A stretch of DNA of 23,489 bases from Cardiobacteriaceae bacterium (GCA_030532785.1 JAUNKJ010000012.1:1-23489); one strand, 5' to 3'; numbered from the stretch's first letter, positions 12,801 to 20,822 are shown. The notes: a model not told the origin generated them from the letters alone. Program-made: numbers and translations.

Positions 12801-15164
12801 TATGAAAAAGGCATTCACGACCACGACGCCGCGCGCATCCTGCAAGCCGTCTTTCCCCTTTGGCAACACGCGGGCAGCCTGCGCTACCCGCCGAACGCGC
12901 GCGCCCTTGCCCAGCTTTACTGGGCAGAACACGCAGCGGATCATCCCGCGCTGGCCGTCGAAGCGCAGGCAGCGGCGCAGATGGCAGCGCGCTTTGCCCA
13001 CAGCGCCGCCAGCGATGCCCTCGTGGCCGAACTCGCGCCCGCGCTGCGTGCCTTTGCCGAGGGCGCACGCCTCGACAGCGCCGCAGCCGACGTGGCCGCC
13101 GCCTATCTCGTCGCCGAATGTGCGGCGGCGCAGCCCGCGTTTGTGGTGAGCCGTGCCGCGCGCGCGGCGCTTGAGCGCCTGCAACAGGCGCTGGGCGATG
13201 CCGACTGGCGCGCAGGGCAGGCGAACCTCGCCACCCTGGAAAGGCTTGCGCGTTACCGCCTCGCGCGCCATTGGCTCGCGAGCGTGCATGAAGCAGACAG
13301 CGCCTTTCTCGACGAAGCCGCCGCCGTGCTGGCGCTTGAGGGCGAGCTTGTGCATCAGGACAGCGCCGCCGACCTTGATTACCGCGTGGAAGGGCTGCTT
13401 GGCAGCCATCCGCGCCTCGACGGGCAAGCGCTGGCGGGCAGCGTCGACGATTTCCTCGCGCGCAGCCGGCATCACCGCGAGGTCGTCATTCCGGCAGTCG
13501 CGCGCTACCACGCCCTGCGCCAGCAAGTGGCGGCCGCAGAACGGCAGGCGCTCGATCTTGACAACCTCGTCGCGAGACCGCTCACGAGTTTCGTGCGCAA
13601 CCGCCTCATTCACGAACATTATCTGCCGCTGATCGGCGCCAACCTCGCCAAGCAGATGGGCGCGGCGGGCGAGGGCAAGCGCAGCGACCTCATGGGCTTG
13701 CTGCTGATGATCTCCCCGCCCGGCTACGGCAAAACCACGCTGATGGAATATGTCGCCAACCGCCTCGGTCTCGTCTTCATCAAAATCAACGGCCCCTCCC
13801 TCGGCCATGCGGTCACCGGCATCGACCCGGCGCAAGCGCCGGATGCCGCCGCGCGCGCCGAACTGGAGCGCCTGAACCTCGCGCTGGAAATGGGCGACAA
13901 CGTCATGCTCTATATCGACGACATCCAGCACACCCATCCCGCCTTCCTGCAGAAATTCATCCCGCTCTGCGACGCCACGCGGCGCATGGACGGCGTGTGG
14001 CGTGGCGAAGCGAAAACCTACGACCTGCGCGGGCGCAAATTCGCCGTGGTCATGGCGGGCAACCCCTACACCGAAAGCGGCGAAGCCTTCAACGTCCCCG
14101 ACATGCTTGCCAACCGCGCCGACATCTACAACCTCGGCGACATCATCGGCGACAGCGGCGAAGCGTTTGCACAAAGCTATCTGGAAAACGCGCTCACCTC
14201 GAACCCGGTACTCGCGCCGCTCGCGCTGCGCGACCCTGAAGACATCCGCCGCTTCATCCGCCTGGCGCAGGGGGAAACCGTCGCTGCCAGCGATTTTGTC
14301 CACCCCTACAGCGGCGCGGAAAGCGGGGAAATCGCCGCCGTCCTTGCGCGCATGATGCGCGTGCGCGATGTGGTGCTTGCCGTCAACCGCGCCTACATCG
14401 CCTCCGCCGCACAGGAAGACCGCTACCGCAGCGAGCCGCCCTTCCGCCTGCAAGGCAGCTACCGCAACATGAACAAAATGAGCGAAAAAATCTCCGCCGT
14501 CATGAACGACGCCGAACTGGAACAGCTCATCATCGACCACTACCAGGGCGAAGCGCAGCTCCTGAAAGACGGCGGCGAAGCCAACCTCCTCAAATTCGGC
14601 GAACTGCGCGGCACCTTGAGCGACGAAGAAAAAACGCGCTGGGACGACATCAAAACCGCCTTCCGCCGCCTGCAGGCGCTCGGCGGCAGCGACAGCGCCC
14701 AGGAAAAAATCGTCATCCAATTAAAAGGTTTGCACGACACCCTGCAACAAACCTTCGCGCAAATGGATCAAACGCTCGCCACCTTGGCACCGGCGCAAAG
14801 CGCGGCGCAGCAGCAAACGCTTGACGCCATCCGCCGCCTTACCGCAAGCATCGCCGCCATCGCCCCCAAAGAACTGCACATGCAGCAGGAAAACCTCGCC
14901 GCGATACGGCAACTGGCGGAAGGCGTACAGGCGATCAAGCCCACGGTCAACATCGCCGCGCCGCAGGAAGACGCATGGCTCGCGCGTTTCTCGGAAATGG
15001 TCAGCCGGCTGGAAGCGGGGCTGCAACCGGTGCTGGAACAACTGGGACGCAACCTCGACATGAACTACGTCTCCATCTACAAAATCAACCGCCTCGCCAA
15101 ACAGGTGGACAAACTCGCCGAACAGGAAGCAAAAGGCAATATTTCACAAAAACCGAAAAAATAG
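9879..15164 (+). CDS. Giant (1761 aa) uncharacterised protein with a single dynein/MoxR/McrB-type (AAA_5-like) ATPase module near the C-terminus, a long helical Ala/Leu/Gln/Arg/Glu/Asp-rich middle region and a distinct N-terminal domain of about 450 aa
   Basis: One uninterrupted ORF with strong GC3 codon bias. Walker A LLMISPPGYGKTTLMEY at nt 13713-13739. Walker B NVMLYIDDIQH around 13902-13931. Downstream lies KFAVVMAGNPYTESGEAFNVPDMLANRADIYNL, which matches the hhhATxNP...L..AhhsRF pattern of AAA_5. The N-terminal 450 aa are rich in Gly/Tyr/Pro (GHGILYPGGYALASGEIKNYDEPQG...VYGHGYALSPSGALTIFSAEGEP). Residues about 450-1250 are strongly helical with heptad-like repeats. There is no signal peptide or TM segment. 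The last two Lys codons and the TAG stop (15162-15164) come from repeat copy E. RBS AAAGGA lies upstream of ATG 9879. Confidence 0.85.
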   Translation: MTDLHSETLVNQAVAEGSAYAIIRKRLEEQGARLQTLTRALNEARTAHFGSTEMRVVARIRVRTEHNCIARDMVQLGDTLLFGYNVFMGLKPETHVADVFALFALEVADGQTTIREVPLAGSFLQDSRFTSDFDELYRYYKHTRLTELTVRDGKLLAAFQIGERAEDRRVFRWQLRPDGTPDYIDNRGERDIALPEPYDFLWHSAGRERLSEDGSHLNIADTLFVATRDGTLTLRMEDNTQGGQTLLAETLADRTQSLADLDAAWADVDGLLLLRLTPYREAPRHYIFNRLTQALTREDSLGDSCVQLPEGHGILYPGGYALASGEIKNYDEPQGMTFKRKIRAPNGEDMLFVFYAPARGEFALYSYNLISKSLQNPVYGHGYALSPSGALTIFSAEGEPTRVHPMQIWQTPYCSDEHAANQPQDDAPFSRIGNPDLVRGISDLYSVARLIGEQQASQAVYERLQKQIQKLFDDYYWLDDASLAAEATLAPFAALLRDMDATADNVIDEFEKAEAIRRDAAHALEQAREAQRQLQRDLQHGQWATVGEHAQALARIGEARGQLVMLGERRGMDTAALGELQQALDALQAQTGERTVAFLRDANAFAAYHDALAQLAAQIDAAAKRSDLDAILADIQHSAAGLDELSALMNTLEIEDATLRTRIIDDISAVYARLNQERARARHKGQGLGSEEAAAQFAAQMKLLTQSLGNALADVQTPEDCDDALARLLVQLENLESRFADDERFLADLADKRDDLHSALTERKQQLLEARERKGQQLADAGSRILDNLARRAQTFSDVAAFNTWLASDALVQKIAQLGKTLREQGDTVRADDLDARFKAIRDQAIRTLRDKSELFDGEHLIRFGQYRFSVNSTALDLVLLPREGKLCAHLAGTQYFQPIEHPELDALRDYWDISVLSESAALYRSEYLAAEMLRAAVRREQGLTLEALGQAVQSLPDLQALAAAFAAPRYQEGYEKGIHDHDAARILQAVFPLWQHAGSLRYPPNARALAQLYWAEHAADHPALAVEAQAAAQMAARFAHSAASDALVAELAPALRAFAEGARLDSAAADVAAAYLVAECAAAQPAFVVSRAARAALERLQQALGDADWRAGQANLATLERLARYRLARHWLASVHEADSAFLDEAAAVLALEGELVHQDSAADLDYRVEGLLGSHPRLDGQALAGSVDDFLARSRHHREVVIPAVARYHALRQQVAAAERQALDLDNLVARPLTSFVRNRLIHEHYLPLIGANLAKQMGAAGEGKRSDLMGLLLMISPPGYGKTTLMEYVANRLGLVFIKINGPSLGHAVTGIDPAQAPDAAARAELERLNLALEMGDNVMLYIDDIQHTHPAFLQKFIPLCDATRRMDGVWRGEAKTYDLRGRKFAVVMAGNPYTESGEAFNVPDMLANRADIYNLGDIIGDSGEAFAQSYLENALTSNPVLAPLALRDPEDIRRFIRLAQGETVAASDFVHPYSGAESGEIAAVLARMMRVRDVVLAVNRAYIASAAQEDRYRSEPPFRLQGSYRNMNKMSEKISAVMNDAELEQLIIDHYQGEAQLLKDGGEANLLKFGELRGTLSDEEKTRWDDIKTAFRRLQALGGSDSAQEKIVIQLKGLHDTLQQTFAQMDQTLATLAPAQSAAQQQTLDAIRRLTASIAAIAPKELHMQQENLAAIRQLAEGVQAIKPTVNIAAPQEDAWLARFSEMVSRLEAGLQPVLEQLGRNLDMNYVSIYKINRLAKQVDKLAEQEAKGNISQKPKK

Positions 15165-15240
15165 TGATTTTTTACCACCATGAAGCGCTTATCGCGAGAA
15201 AATTTTGCACGATAAGCGCTTCATGGTGAGAGAATTTACC
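15157..15240. repeat. Copy E (long form) of the modular palindromic element
   Basis: AAAAAATAGTGATTTTTTACCACCATGAAGCGCTTATCGCGAGAAAATTTTGCACGATAAGCGCTTCATGGTGAGAGAATTTACC. It contains a perfect 19-bp stem CACCATGAAGCGCTTATCG / CGATAAGCGCTTCATGGTG around a 13-nt loop. Confidence 0.7.
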
Positions 15241-15264
15241 AAATAACCACGCAGGATGCGCGAC

Positions 15265-15328
15265 GGTGGGCTGAAGCCCAGCCTACAAATCGCTGCGCGA
15301 TTCCCCCACCCCCGCAAGTGGGGGAGGG
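15265..15328. repeat. REP-like GTAG-headed unit plus a C-rich/G-rich hairpin, in the convergent gap between the giant ATPase gene and polA
   Basis: The reverse complement of 15271-15296 reads TGTAGGCTGGGCTTCAGCCCACC, the same family as 3976-3998. CCCCCACCCCCGCAAGTGGGGGAGGG (15300-15328) has the same stem type as hairpins 5562-5584 and 5661-5683. The hairpin lies just 3' of the polA stop on the minus strand, but no U-tract follows it. Confidence 0.55.
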
Positions 15329-15336
15329 CGTTTCAT

Positions 15337-18039
15337 TTAATGCGCTTCATCCCAGTTTTGTCCGCTGCCGGCGTCGACGATGAGGGGGACGGCGAGGGCG
15401 AAGGCGTTTTCCATGCGTTTGATGATGTCTTCGCGGTAGTGGTCGAGGCGCGTGGCGTCGATTTCAAAGACGAGTTCGTCGTGGACTTGCATGATGAGTT
15501 GGCAGGCGGGGTCGTTGCCGTGGGCGCGCTCGATGTCGAGCATGGCGCGTTTGATGATGTCGGCGGCGCTGCCTTGCATGGGGGCGTTGATGGCAAGTCT
15601 TTCCGCGGCCTGGCGGCGCTGCATGTTTTTGCTGCCGATATCGGGCAGATAGAGGCGGCGGCCAAGGAGGGTTTCCACATAGCCCTGGCGGCGCGCGGTT
15701 TGTCTGGCGCTTTCCATGTAGGCGTGGACTTTGGGGTAGCGCGCGAAGTAGGTGTCGATGTAGTCGGCGGCTTGTCCGCGCGGGATGCCGAGTTGCCGCG
15801 AGAGGCCGAAGGCGCTCATGCCGTAGATGAGGCCGAAGTTGATGGCTTTGGCGTCGCGGCGTTGTTCGCGGCTGACTTGCTCAAGCGGGACGTTGAAGAT
15901 TTCCGAGGCGGTGGCGCGGTGGATGTCTTGTCCTTCGGCGAAGGCGCGGATGAGGCCGGGGTCGCCGGACAGATGCGCCATGATGCGCAGCTCGATTTGC
16001 GAGTAGTCGGCGGCGAGCAGTACTTTGCCGGGCGCGGCGATGAAGGCTTGGCGGATGCGCCGCCCTTCGGCGGTGCGGATGGGGATGTTTTGCAAATTGG
16101 GGTCGGAGGAGGAGAGGCGGCCGGTGCTGGTGACGGCTTGGTGGTAGCTGGTGTGGATGCGGCCGGTGCGGGCGTCGATGAGTTCGGGGAGGCGGTCGGT
16201 GTAGGTGGATTTGAGTTTGGCGAGGCTTCGGTGTTCGAGGATGAGGCGCGGCAGTTCGGCGTTGTGGAGGTCGACGAGTTCTTGCAGGGCGTCTTCGTTG
16301 GTGCTGGGTTGGCCTTTGGGGGTTTTGCGCACCACGGGGAGTTGCAGGCGCTCGAAGAGGATTTCCTGGAGTTGTTTGGGCGAGGCGAGGTTGAAGGTGT
16401 CGCCGACCATGTCGTGCGCCTGTTTTTCAAGGTTTGCGAGGGTTTGCGCGATTTCCTGCGATTGCGCTTTGAGCAGTGCGGCGTCGATGGCGACACCTCT
16501 GGCTTCCATGCGGTAGAGCACTTGCGACAGCGGCCGTTCGAGGTCGCGGTAAAGCGCTTCGAGGCGCGGTTCGGATGCGAGTTTGCCCGCGAGGAAGTGG
16601 TAGAGGCGCAGGGTGATGTCGGCGTCTTCGCAGGCGTAGTGGCCGGCGGTGTCGAGGGGGATTTGGTCGAAGGTGAGTTGTTTTGCGCCTTTGCCGGCGA
16701 TGTCTTCGAAGGTGGTGGTCTGGATGTTGAGGTAGTGGTCGGCGAGGTCGTCCATGTTGTGGCGGGTGGCGGTGGCGTTGTGGCAGTAGGACATGAGCAT
16801 GGTGTCGTCGCATTCGCCGCGTAGCGCAATGCCGTAGCGCGCGAGGATGTGGCGGTCGTATTTGAGGTGTTGCCCGGTTTTGTTGAGGCGTTCGTTTTCG
16901 AGGAGGGGTTTCAGCGCTTGCAGCGTGTCGTCGAAGGGGAGGTTGGGGGCGAGTTGGTGCGCGAGCGGCAAATAATAGGCTTCGCCGGGTTCGAGGGCGA
17001 CGCTGATGCCCACGAGTTTTGCCTGCATGTAATCGAGGGCATCGGTTTCGGTGTCGAAGGCAAAGCGCTCGGCGCTGGCCAGGCGGGCAATGAGGGCGTC
17101 GCGCGCGGCGGTGTCGGTGACGATGTGGTAGTCGCGTGCCACCGGGGCGGGCGCGGCGTCGGCGACGGGCTGACCGAGGTGGCGCGCCTTGATGCTGTTC
17201 AGTTCGTAGGTGTCGCAGAGTTGTTCGAGTTTGTCCGGGTTTTGCGCTTGCAGGGCGAGGTCGGCAATGGTGGTGTCGAGATCGAGGTCGCAGTTGATGG
17301 TGGCGAGTTCGTAAGAGAGCGGCAGGGTGGCAAGGCTGGTGCGGAGGTTGTCGCCGATTTTGCCTTTGATTTTCGGGGCGTTGGCGATGATGCCGTCAAG
17401 GCTGCCGTATTCTTCCAGCCATTTGGCGGCGGTTTTCGGCCCGACCTTGTCAACGCCGGGGATGTTGTCGGCCTTGTCGCCAACCAGCGCCAAAAAGTCC
17501 ACGACCTGTTCGGCGGTGAGCGCATCGACTTTGAAACGGCGCGCCACGTCTTCGCGGGTGGTGACTTCGTTTTTCATGGTGTCGAGGAGGGTGATGCCGG
17601 GGTGGGTGAGGAGTTGCACCATGTCCTTGTCGCCGGAGGAGATGACGACGTGGTAGTTGTCGGCCAAGGCGCGTTTGGCGAGCGTTCCAATCACGTCGTC
17701 GGCTTCGACGCCGCTTTCAATAATGAGGGGAAAGCCGAGGGCGGCGACGAGTTGGTGCAGCGGTTCGATTTGCGCTTTCAAATCAGGCGGGGTCGGCGGG
17801 CGGTTGGCCTTGTAGTCGGGGTAGAGGTCGTGGCGGAAGGTTTTGCCTTTGGCATCAAAGACGACGCCGAAGTAGGCGGGGCGGTAGTCGTCGTAGAGCT
17901 TGGCGAGCATTTTGATGACGCCGTGCAGGGCGCCGGTGGGGTGGCCGGCGCGGTTGGTGAGCGGGGGCAGGGCATGAAAGGCGCGGAAAAGGTAGGACGA
18001 GCCGTCAACGAGGACGACGAGGTGGTTGGAATCGATCAT
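15337..18039 (-). CDS. polA: DNA polymerase I
   Basis: 900 aa. N-terminal 5'-3' exonuclease (MIDSNHLVVLVDGSSYLFRAFHALPPL...), a 3'-5' exo/Klenow-like middle, and polymerase motifs A/B/C (DYSQIELRIMAHLS; RRDAKAINFGLIYGMS; QVHDELVFE). GGGAG lies 8 nt upstream of ATG 18039 on the minus strand. The +-strand ORFs 15256-16824 and 16849-18171 are antisense artefacts. Confidence 0.95.
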   Translation of the reverse strand: MIDSNHLVVLVDGSSYLFRAFHALPPLTNRAGHPTGALHGVIKMLAKLYDDYRPAYFGVVFDAKGKTFRHDLYPDYKANRPPTPPDLKAQIEPLHQLVAALGFPLIIESGVEADDVIGTLAKRALADNYHVVISSGDKDMVQLLTHPGITLLDTMKNEVTTREDVARRFKVDALTAEQVVDFLALVGDKADNIPGVDKVGPKTAAKWLEEYGSLDGIIANAPKIKGKIGDNLRTSLATLPLSYELATINCDLDLDTTIADLALQAQNPDKLEQLCDTYELNSIKARHLGQPVADAAPAPVARDYHIVTDTAARDALIARLASAERFAFDTETDALDYMQAKLVGISVALEPGEAYYLPLAHQLAPNLPFDDTLQALKPLLENERLNKTGQHLKYDRHILARYGIALRGECDDTMLMSYCHNATATRHNMDDLADHYLNIQTTTFEDIAGKGAKQLTFDQIPLDTAGHYACEDADITLRLYHFLAGKLASEPRLEALYRDLERPLSQVLYRMEARGVAIDAALLKAQSQEIAQTLANLEKQAHDMVGDTFNLASPKQLQEILFERLQLPVVRKTPKGQPSTNEDALQELVDLHNAELPRLILEHRSLAKLKSTYTDRLPELIDARTGRIHTSYHQAVTSTGRLSSSDPNLQNIPIRTAEGRRIRQAFIAAPGKVLLAADYSQIELRIMAHLSGDPGLIRAFAEGQDIHRATASEIFNVPLEQVSREQRRDAKAINFGLIYGMSAFGLSRQLGIPRGQAADYIDTYFARYPKVHAYMESARQTARRQGYVETLLGRRLYLPDIGSKNMQRRQAAERLAINAPMQGSAADIIKRAMLDIERAHGNDPACQLIMQVHDELVFEIDATRLDHYREDIIKRMENAFALAVPLIVDAGSGQNWDEAH

Positions 18040-18167
18040 GGGGCTGCTCCCGGCCGGGGTAAAAGGTTTGCGAAGGTGTCGGGAAATGCGGCAGAATGGC
18101 GCGTTTTCCCCGAACGGCGGGCATTTTTAAGAATGCCCTTCCGCTTGTCAAATGCAGGACACCGCCC

Positions 18168-18914
18168 ATGAACGACAACGACCAGAGCCAGTGCTACAAA
18201 CGCAATCCGCCAAAGCTGATCCGCCTGAAAGATACCGATACCTTGCAGAAGGAATCGTGGAAAGTCTTTCAAATCATGAGCGAATTTGTGGAAGGCTTTG
18301 AGCGGCTGGCGGTGATCGAGCCGTCGGTGAGCATTTTCGGCTCCGCCCGCATCAAGGAAGATCATCCCTATTACCAGCTCACCATGCAGGTGGCGAAGCG
18401 CTTGTCGGACGAGGGGTTTTCCGTGGTCTCCGGCGGCGGCCCCGGTTTGATGGAGGCGGCCAATCGCGGCGCATACGCGGGCGAGAAGGGGCTTTCCATC
18501 GGCCTCAACATTCAGTTGCCGCACGAGCAGAGCGGCAATCCCTATCAGGATATTTCCATTGATTTCCGCCACTTTTTCTCGCGCAAGGTGATGTTTGTCA
18601 AATACGCGAATGCCTATGTGGTGATGCCCGGCGGCTTCGGTACGCTGGATGAACTGGCGGAGATTCTGACACTCATCCAGACCGGCAAGAGCCGCCGCTT
18701 CCCGGTGGTGCTGGTTGGCAGCGAGTTCTGGGCAGGGCTGATTGCCTGGTGCAAGAACACCCTCGTCACCGAGGGCATGATTGCCGCCGAAGACCTGGAT
18801 TTGGTGACGATGGTGGACGATGTCGACAGCGTGCTCGAGGTGATTCATGCCTTCTATGAAGACCGCCCCTACGCCCCCGTCGGCGATGAAGTGAAACGGC
18901 AAAGGGAGTTGTGA
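18168..18914 (+). CDS. LOG / TIGR00730-family Rossmann-fold protein (cytokinin riboside 5'-monophosphate phosphoribohydrolase-like nucleotide N-glycosidase), long type-II form
   Basis: SGGGPGLMEAANRGA and PGGFGTLDELAEILTL motifs. Start assigned to ATG 18168 (MNDNDQ...). The in-frame ATG 18096 is also possible. The stop TGA 18912-18914 overlaps the dctQ start (GTGATGG). Confidence 0.75.
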   Translation: MNDNDQSQCYKRNPPKLIRLKDTDTLQKESWKVFQIMSEFVEGFERLAVIEPSVSIFGSARIKEDHPYYQLTMQVAKRLSDEGFSVVSGGGPGLMEAANRGAYAGEKGLSIGLNIQLPHEQSGNPYQDISIDFRHFFSRKVMFVKYANAYVVMPGGFGTLDELAEILTLIQTGKSRRFPVVLVGSEFWAGLIAWCKNTLVTEGMIAAEDLDLVTMVDDVDSVLEVIHAFYEDRPYAPVGDEVKRQREL

Positions 18915-19432
18915 TGGACGCGATGGTGCGGATGATCGATGCCTTGTCGGCCTTTGTCGGCAAGGCGGCGGCGTGGTTGACGCTGGCGATGGTGCTGCTC
19001 ACCACTTATCTCGTGATTGGCCGTTATGTATTGCGCCAGAATTCCATCGCCTTGCAGGAGCTGGTGGTGTATATGCACGCGGCGGTGTTCATGCTCGGCG
19101 CGGCATGGGCGTTGCAGCGCGATGAACATGTGCGCGTGGATGTGTTCTACCGCAAGGCGTCGCCGCGCCGCAAGGCCATCATCAATATCTTCGGCACCGC
19201 ATTGTTCCTGCTGCCTTTTGCGGCGACGGTGCTTTATTTCTCCTGGGGCTATGCGGCCAACGCCTGGCGTTACCATGAGGGTTCGATGCAGGCGGGCGGC
19301 CTGCCCTATGTGTATGTCCTGAAAACGCTGATTCCGCTTTTTGCCGGTTTGCTGGTGATACAGGGCATCGCCGAACTGTTGCGCAATGTGCTGATTCTGC
19401 AAGGCAGAATCGTTGTGGCGCGGGAGGACTGA
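18914..19432 (+). CDS. dctQ: TRAP transporter small permease subunit
   Basis: About 172 aa with four TM helices (MDAMVRMIDALSAFVGKAAAWLTLAMVLLTTYLVIGRYVL...). AGGGAG lies 8 nt upstream of ATG 18914. The track starts at the alternative GTG 18911. Confidence 0.8.
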   Translation: MDAMVRMIDALSAFVGKAAAWLTLAMVLLTTYLVIGRYVLRQNSIALQELVVYMHAAVFMLGAAWALQRDEHVRVDVFYRKASPRRKAIINIFGTALFLLPFAATVLYFSWGYAANAWRYHEGSMQAGGLPYVYVLKTLIPLFAGLLVIQGIAELLRNVLILQGRIVVARED

Positions 19433-19433
19433 C

Positions 19434-20822
19434 ATGGAATGGCTGTCGCTCGTGATGTTTGCCGTGCTTTGCGTCGTGCTGATGCTGGGCTATCCCGTGT
19501 CCATGTCGCTCGCGGGCGTGGCGCTGCTCTTTGCCGGGCTGGGCATCGGCGTGGAAGCGTTTGATGCCACCTTCCTGCAAGCCATCAGCAGCCGCATGTA
19601 CGGCATCATGACCAACGAAACCCTGATCGCCGTGCCCACTTTCGTTTTCATGGGCATTACCCTGCAAAAGGCGAAAATCGCGGAAGATTTGCTCGACACC
19701 ATGACGCTGCTTTTCGGCGGCATTCGCGGGGGGATGGCCTTTTCCGTGGCGGTGGTGGGCATGCTGCTCGCCGCGTCCACCGGGATTGTCGGCGCGACGG
19801 TCGTCACCATGAGCTTGCTCTCCCTGCCGGTGATGCTGAAGCGCGGCTACGACCCGGCGCTCTCCTGCGGCATCATCTGCGCCTCGGGAACGCTTGGGCA
19901 AATCATTCCGCCGTCCATCGTCCTGATTCTTCTCGGGGATGTGATCGGCAATGCCTACGGCGAAGCACAACGCGACATGGGCAATTTCGCCCCCGATACC
20001 GTGTCGGTGAGCGACCTTTTCATCGCCGCCATCATCCCCGGCACGCTGCTCGTCGGCCTCTATATCCTGTATCTCATTGCCCGCGCAATCTTTACTCCGC
20101 AAGCGCTGCCCTTGCTCAGCAAGGAAGAACGCGCCGCGCAACGCGGCGAGCGCTTCTATTTGCGCCTCGTTTTCGTGCTGCTGCCACCGCTCACCCTGAT
20201 CGTCTGCGTTCTCGGCTCCATCACCATGGGGCTGGCGACGCCGACTGAAGCGGCAAGCATTGGCGCATTCGGCGCGCTCATCCTCGCCTTCATCCGCTAT
20301 GCCGTGGACAAAAGCAAAGGCAAAGCGGCCAGCCTGCGCTGGCTCATCGACGTGCCACGCGAAACGCTGATCCTCACCAGCATGGTGTTCTTCATCCTCA
20401 TGGGCGCGTCGCTGTTCTCCCTCGTCTTCCGCGCCTACGGCGGCGATCATCTTATCGAAACCGCGCTCACCAACCTCCCTGGCGGCGTCATCGGCGCGAT
20501 GCTCGTGGTCATGCTCGTCATGTTCCTCTTGGGCTTCGTCCTTGATTTCCTCGAAATCGTCTTCGTCGTCGTCCCCATCGTCGCTCCCATCCTCTTCAAG
20601 ATGGATGTCGACCCGGTGTGGTTCGCGATCATGGTGGCGATGAATCTGCAAACCAGCTTCCTCACCCCGCCCTTCGGCTTTGCGCTTTTCTTCCTGCGCG
20701 GCGTGGCCCCAGCGAGCGTGCCGACCAGCGCCATCTACCGGGGCGTCATCCCCTTTATCATCATCCAGATGCTGATGCTCCTCATCCTCGCGCTGGTGCC
20801 GGGTATGGTGCATTGGTTGTAA
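19434..20822 (+). CDS. dctM: TRAP transporter large permease subunit
   Basis: Start at ATG 19434 (MEWLSLVMFAVLCVVLMLGYPVSMSLAGVALLFAG...) with GGGAGGA 7 nt upstream. The track ORF begins at an upstream in-frame ATG at 19413. The 462-aa polytopic permease is typical of DctM. No dctP solute-binding gene is present in the window. Confidence 0.85.
   Translation: MEWLSLVMFAVLCVVLMLGYPVSMSLAGVALLFAGLGIGVEAFDATFLQAISSRMYGIMTNETLIAVPTFVFMGITLQKAKIAEDLLDTMTLLFGGIRGGMAFSVAVVGMLLAASTGIVGATVVTMSLLSLPVMLKRGYDPALSCGIICASGTLGQIIPPSIVLILLGDVIGNAYGEAQRDMGNFAPDTVSVSDLFIAAIIPGTLLVGLYILYLIARAIFTPQALPLLSKEERAAQRGERFYLRLVFVLLPPLTLIVCVLGSITMGLATPTEAASIGAFGALILAFIRYAVDKSKGKAASLRWLIDVPRETLILTSMVFFILMGASLFSLVFRAYGGDHLIETALTNLPGGVIGAMLVVMLVMFLLGFVLDFLEIVFVVVPIVAPILFKMDVDPVWFAIMVAMNLQTSFLTPPFGFALFFLRGVAPASVPTSAIYRGVIPFIIIQMLMLLILALVPGMVHWL

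Noticed and set aside
15300-15328. C-rich hairpin as a Rho-independent terminator for polA
   Set aside because: It is GC-rich and correctly placed 3' of the polA stop on the minus strand, but it has no following U-tract on either strand. It is kept as a repeat/structural element only.
15256-18171. +-strand ORFs 15256-16824 (522 aa) and 16849-18171 (440 aa)
   Set aside because: Antisense to polA, whose motifs are unambiguous. Gly/Val/Ala/Asp-rich mirror frames.
18036-18902. Minus-strand 288-aa ORF opposite the LOG-family gene
   Set aside because: The sense frame carries the conserved LOG motifs (GGGPGLMEA, PGGFGTLDE). The antisense frame has none.
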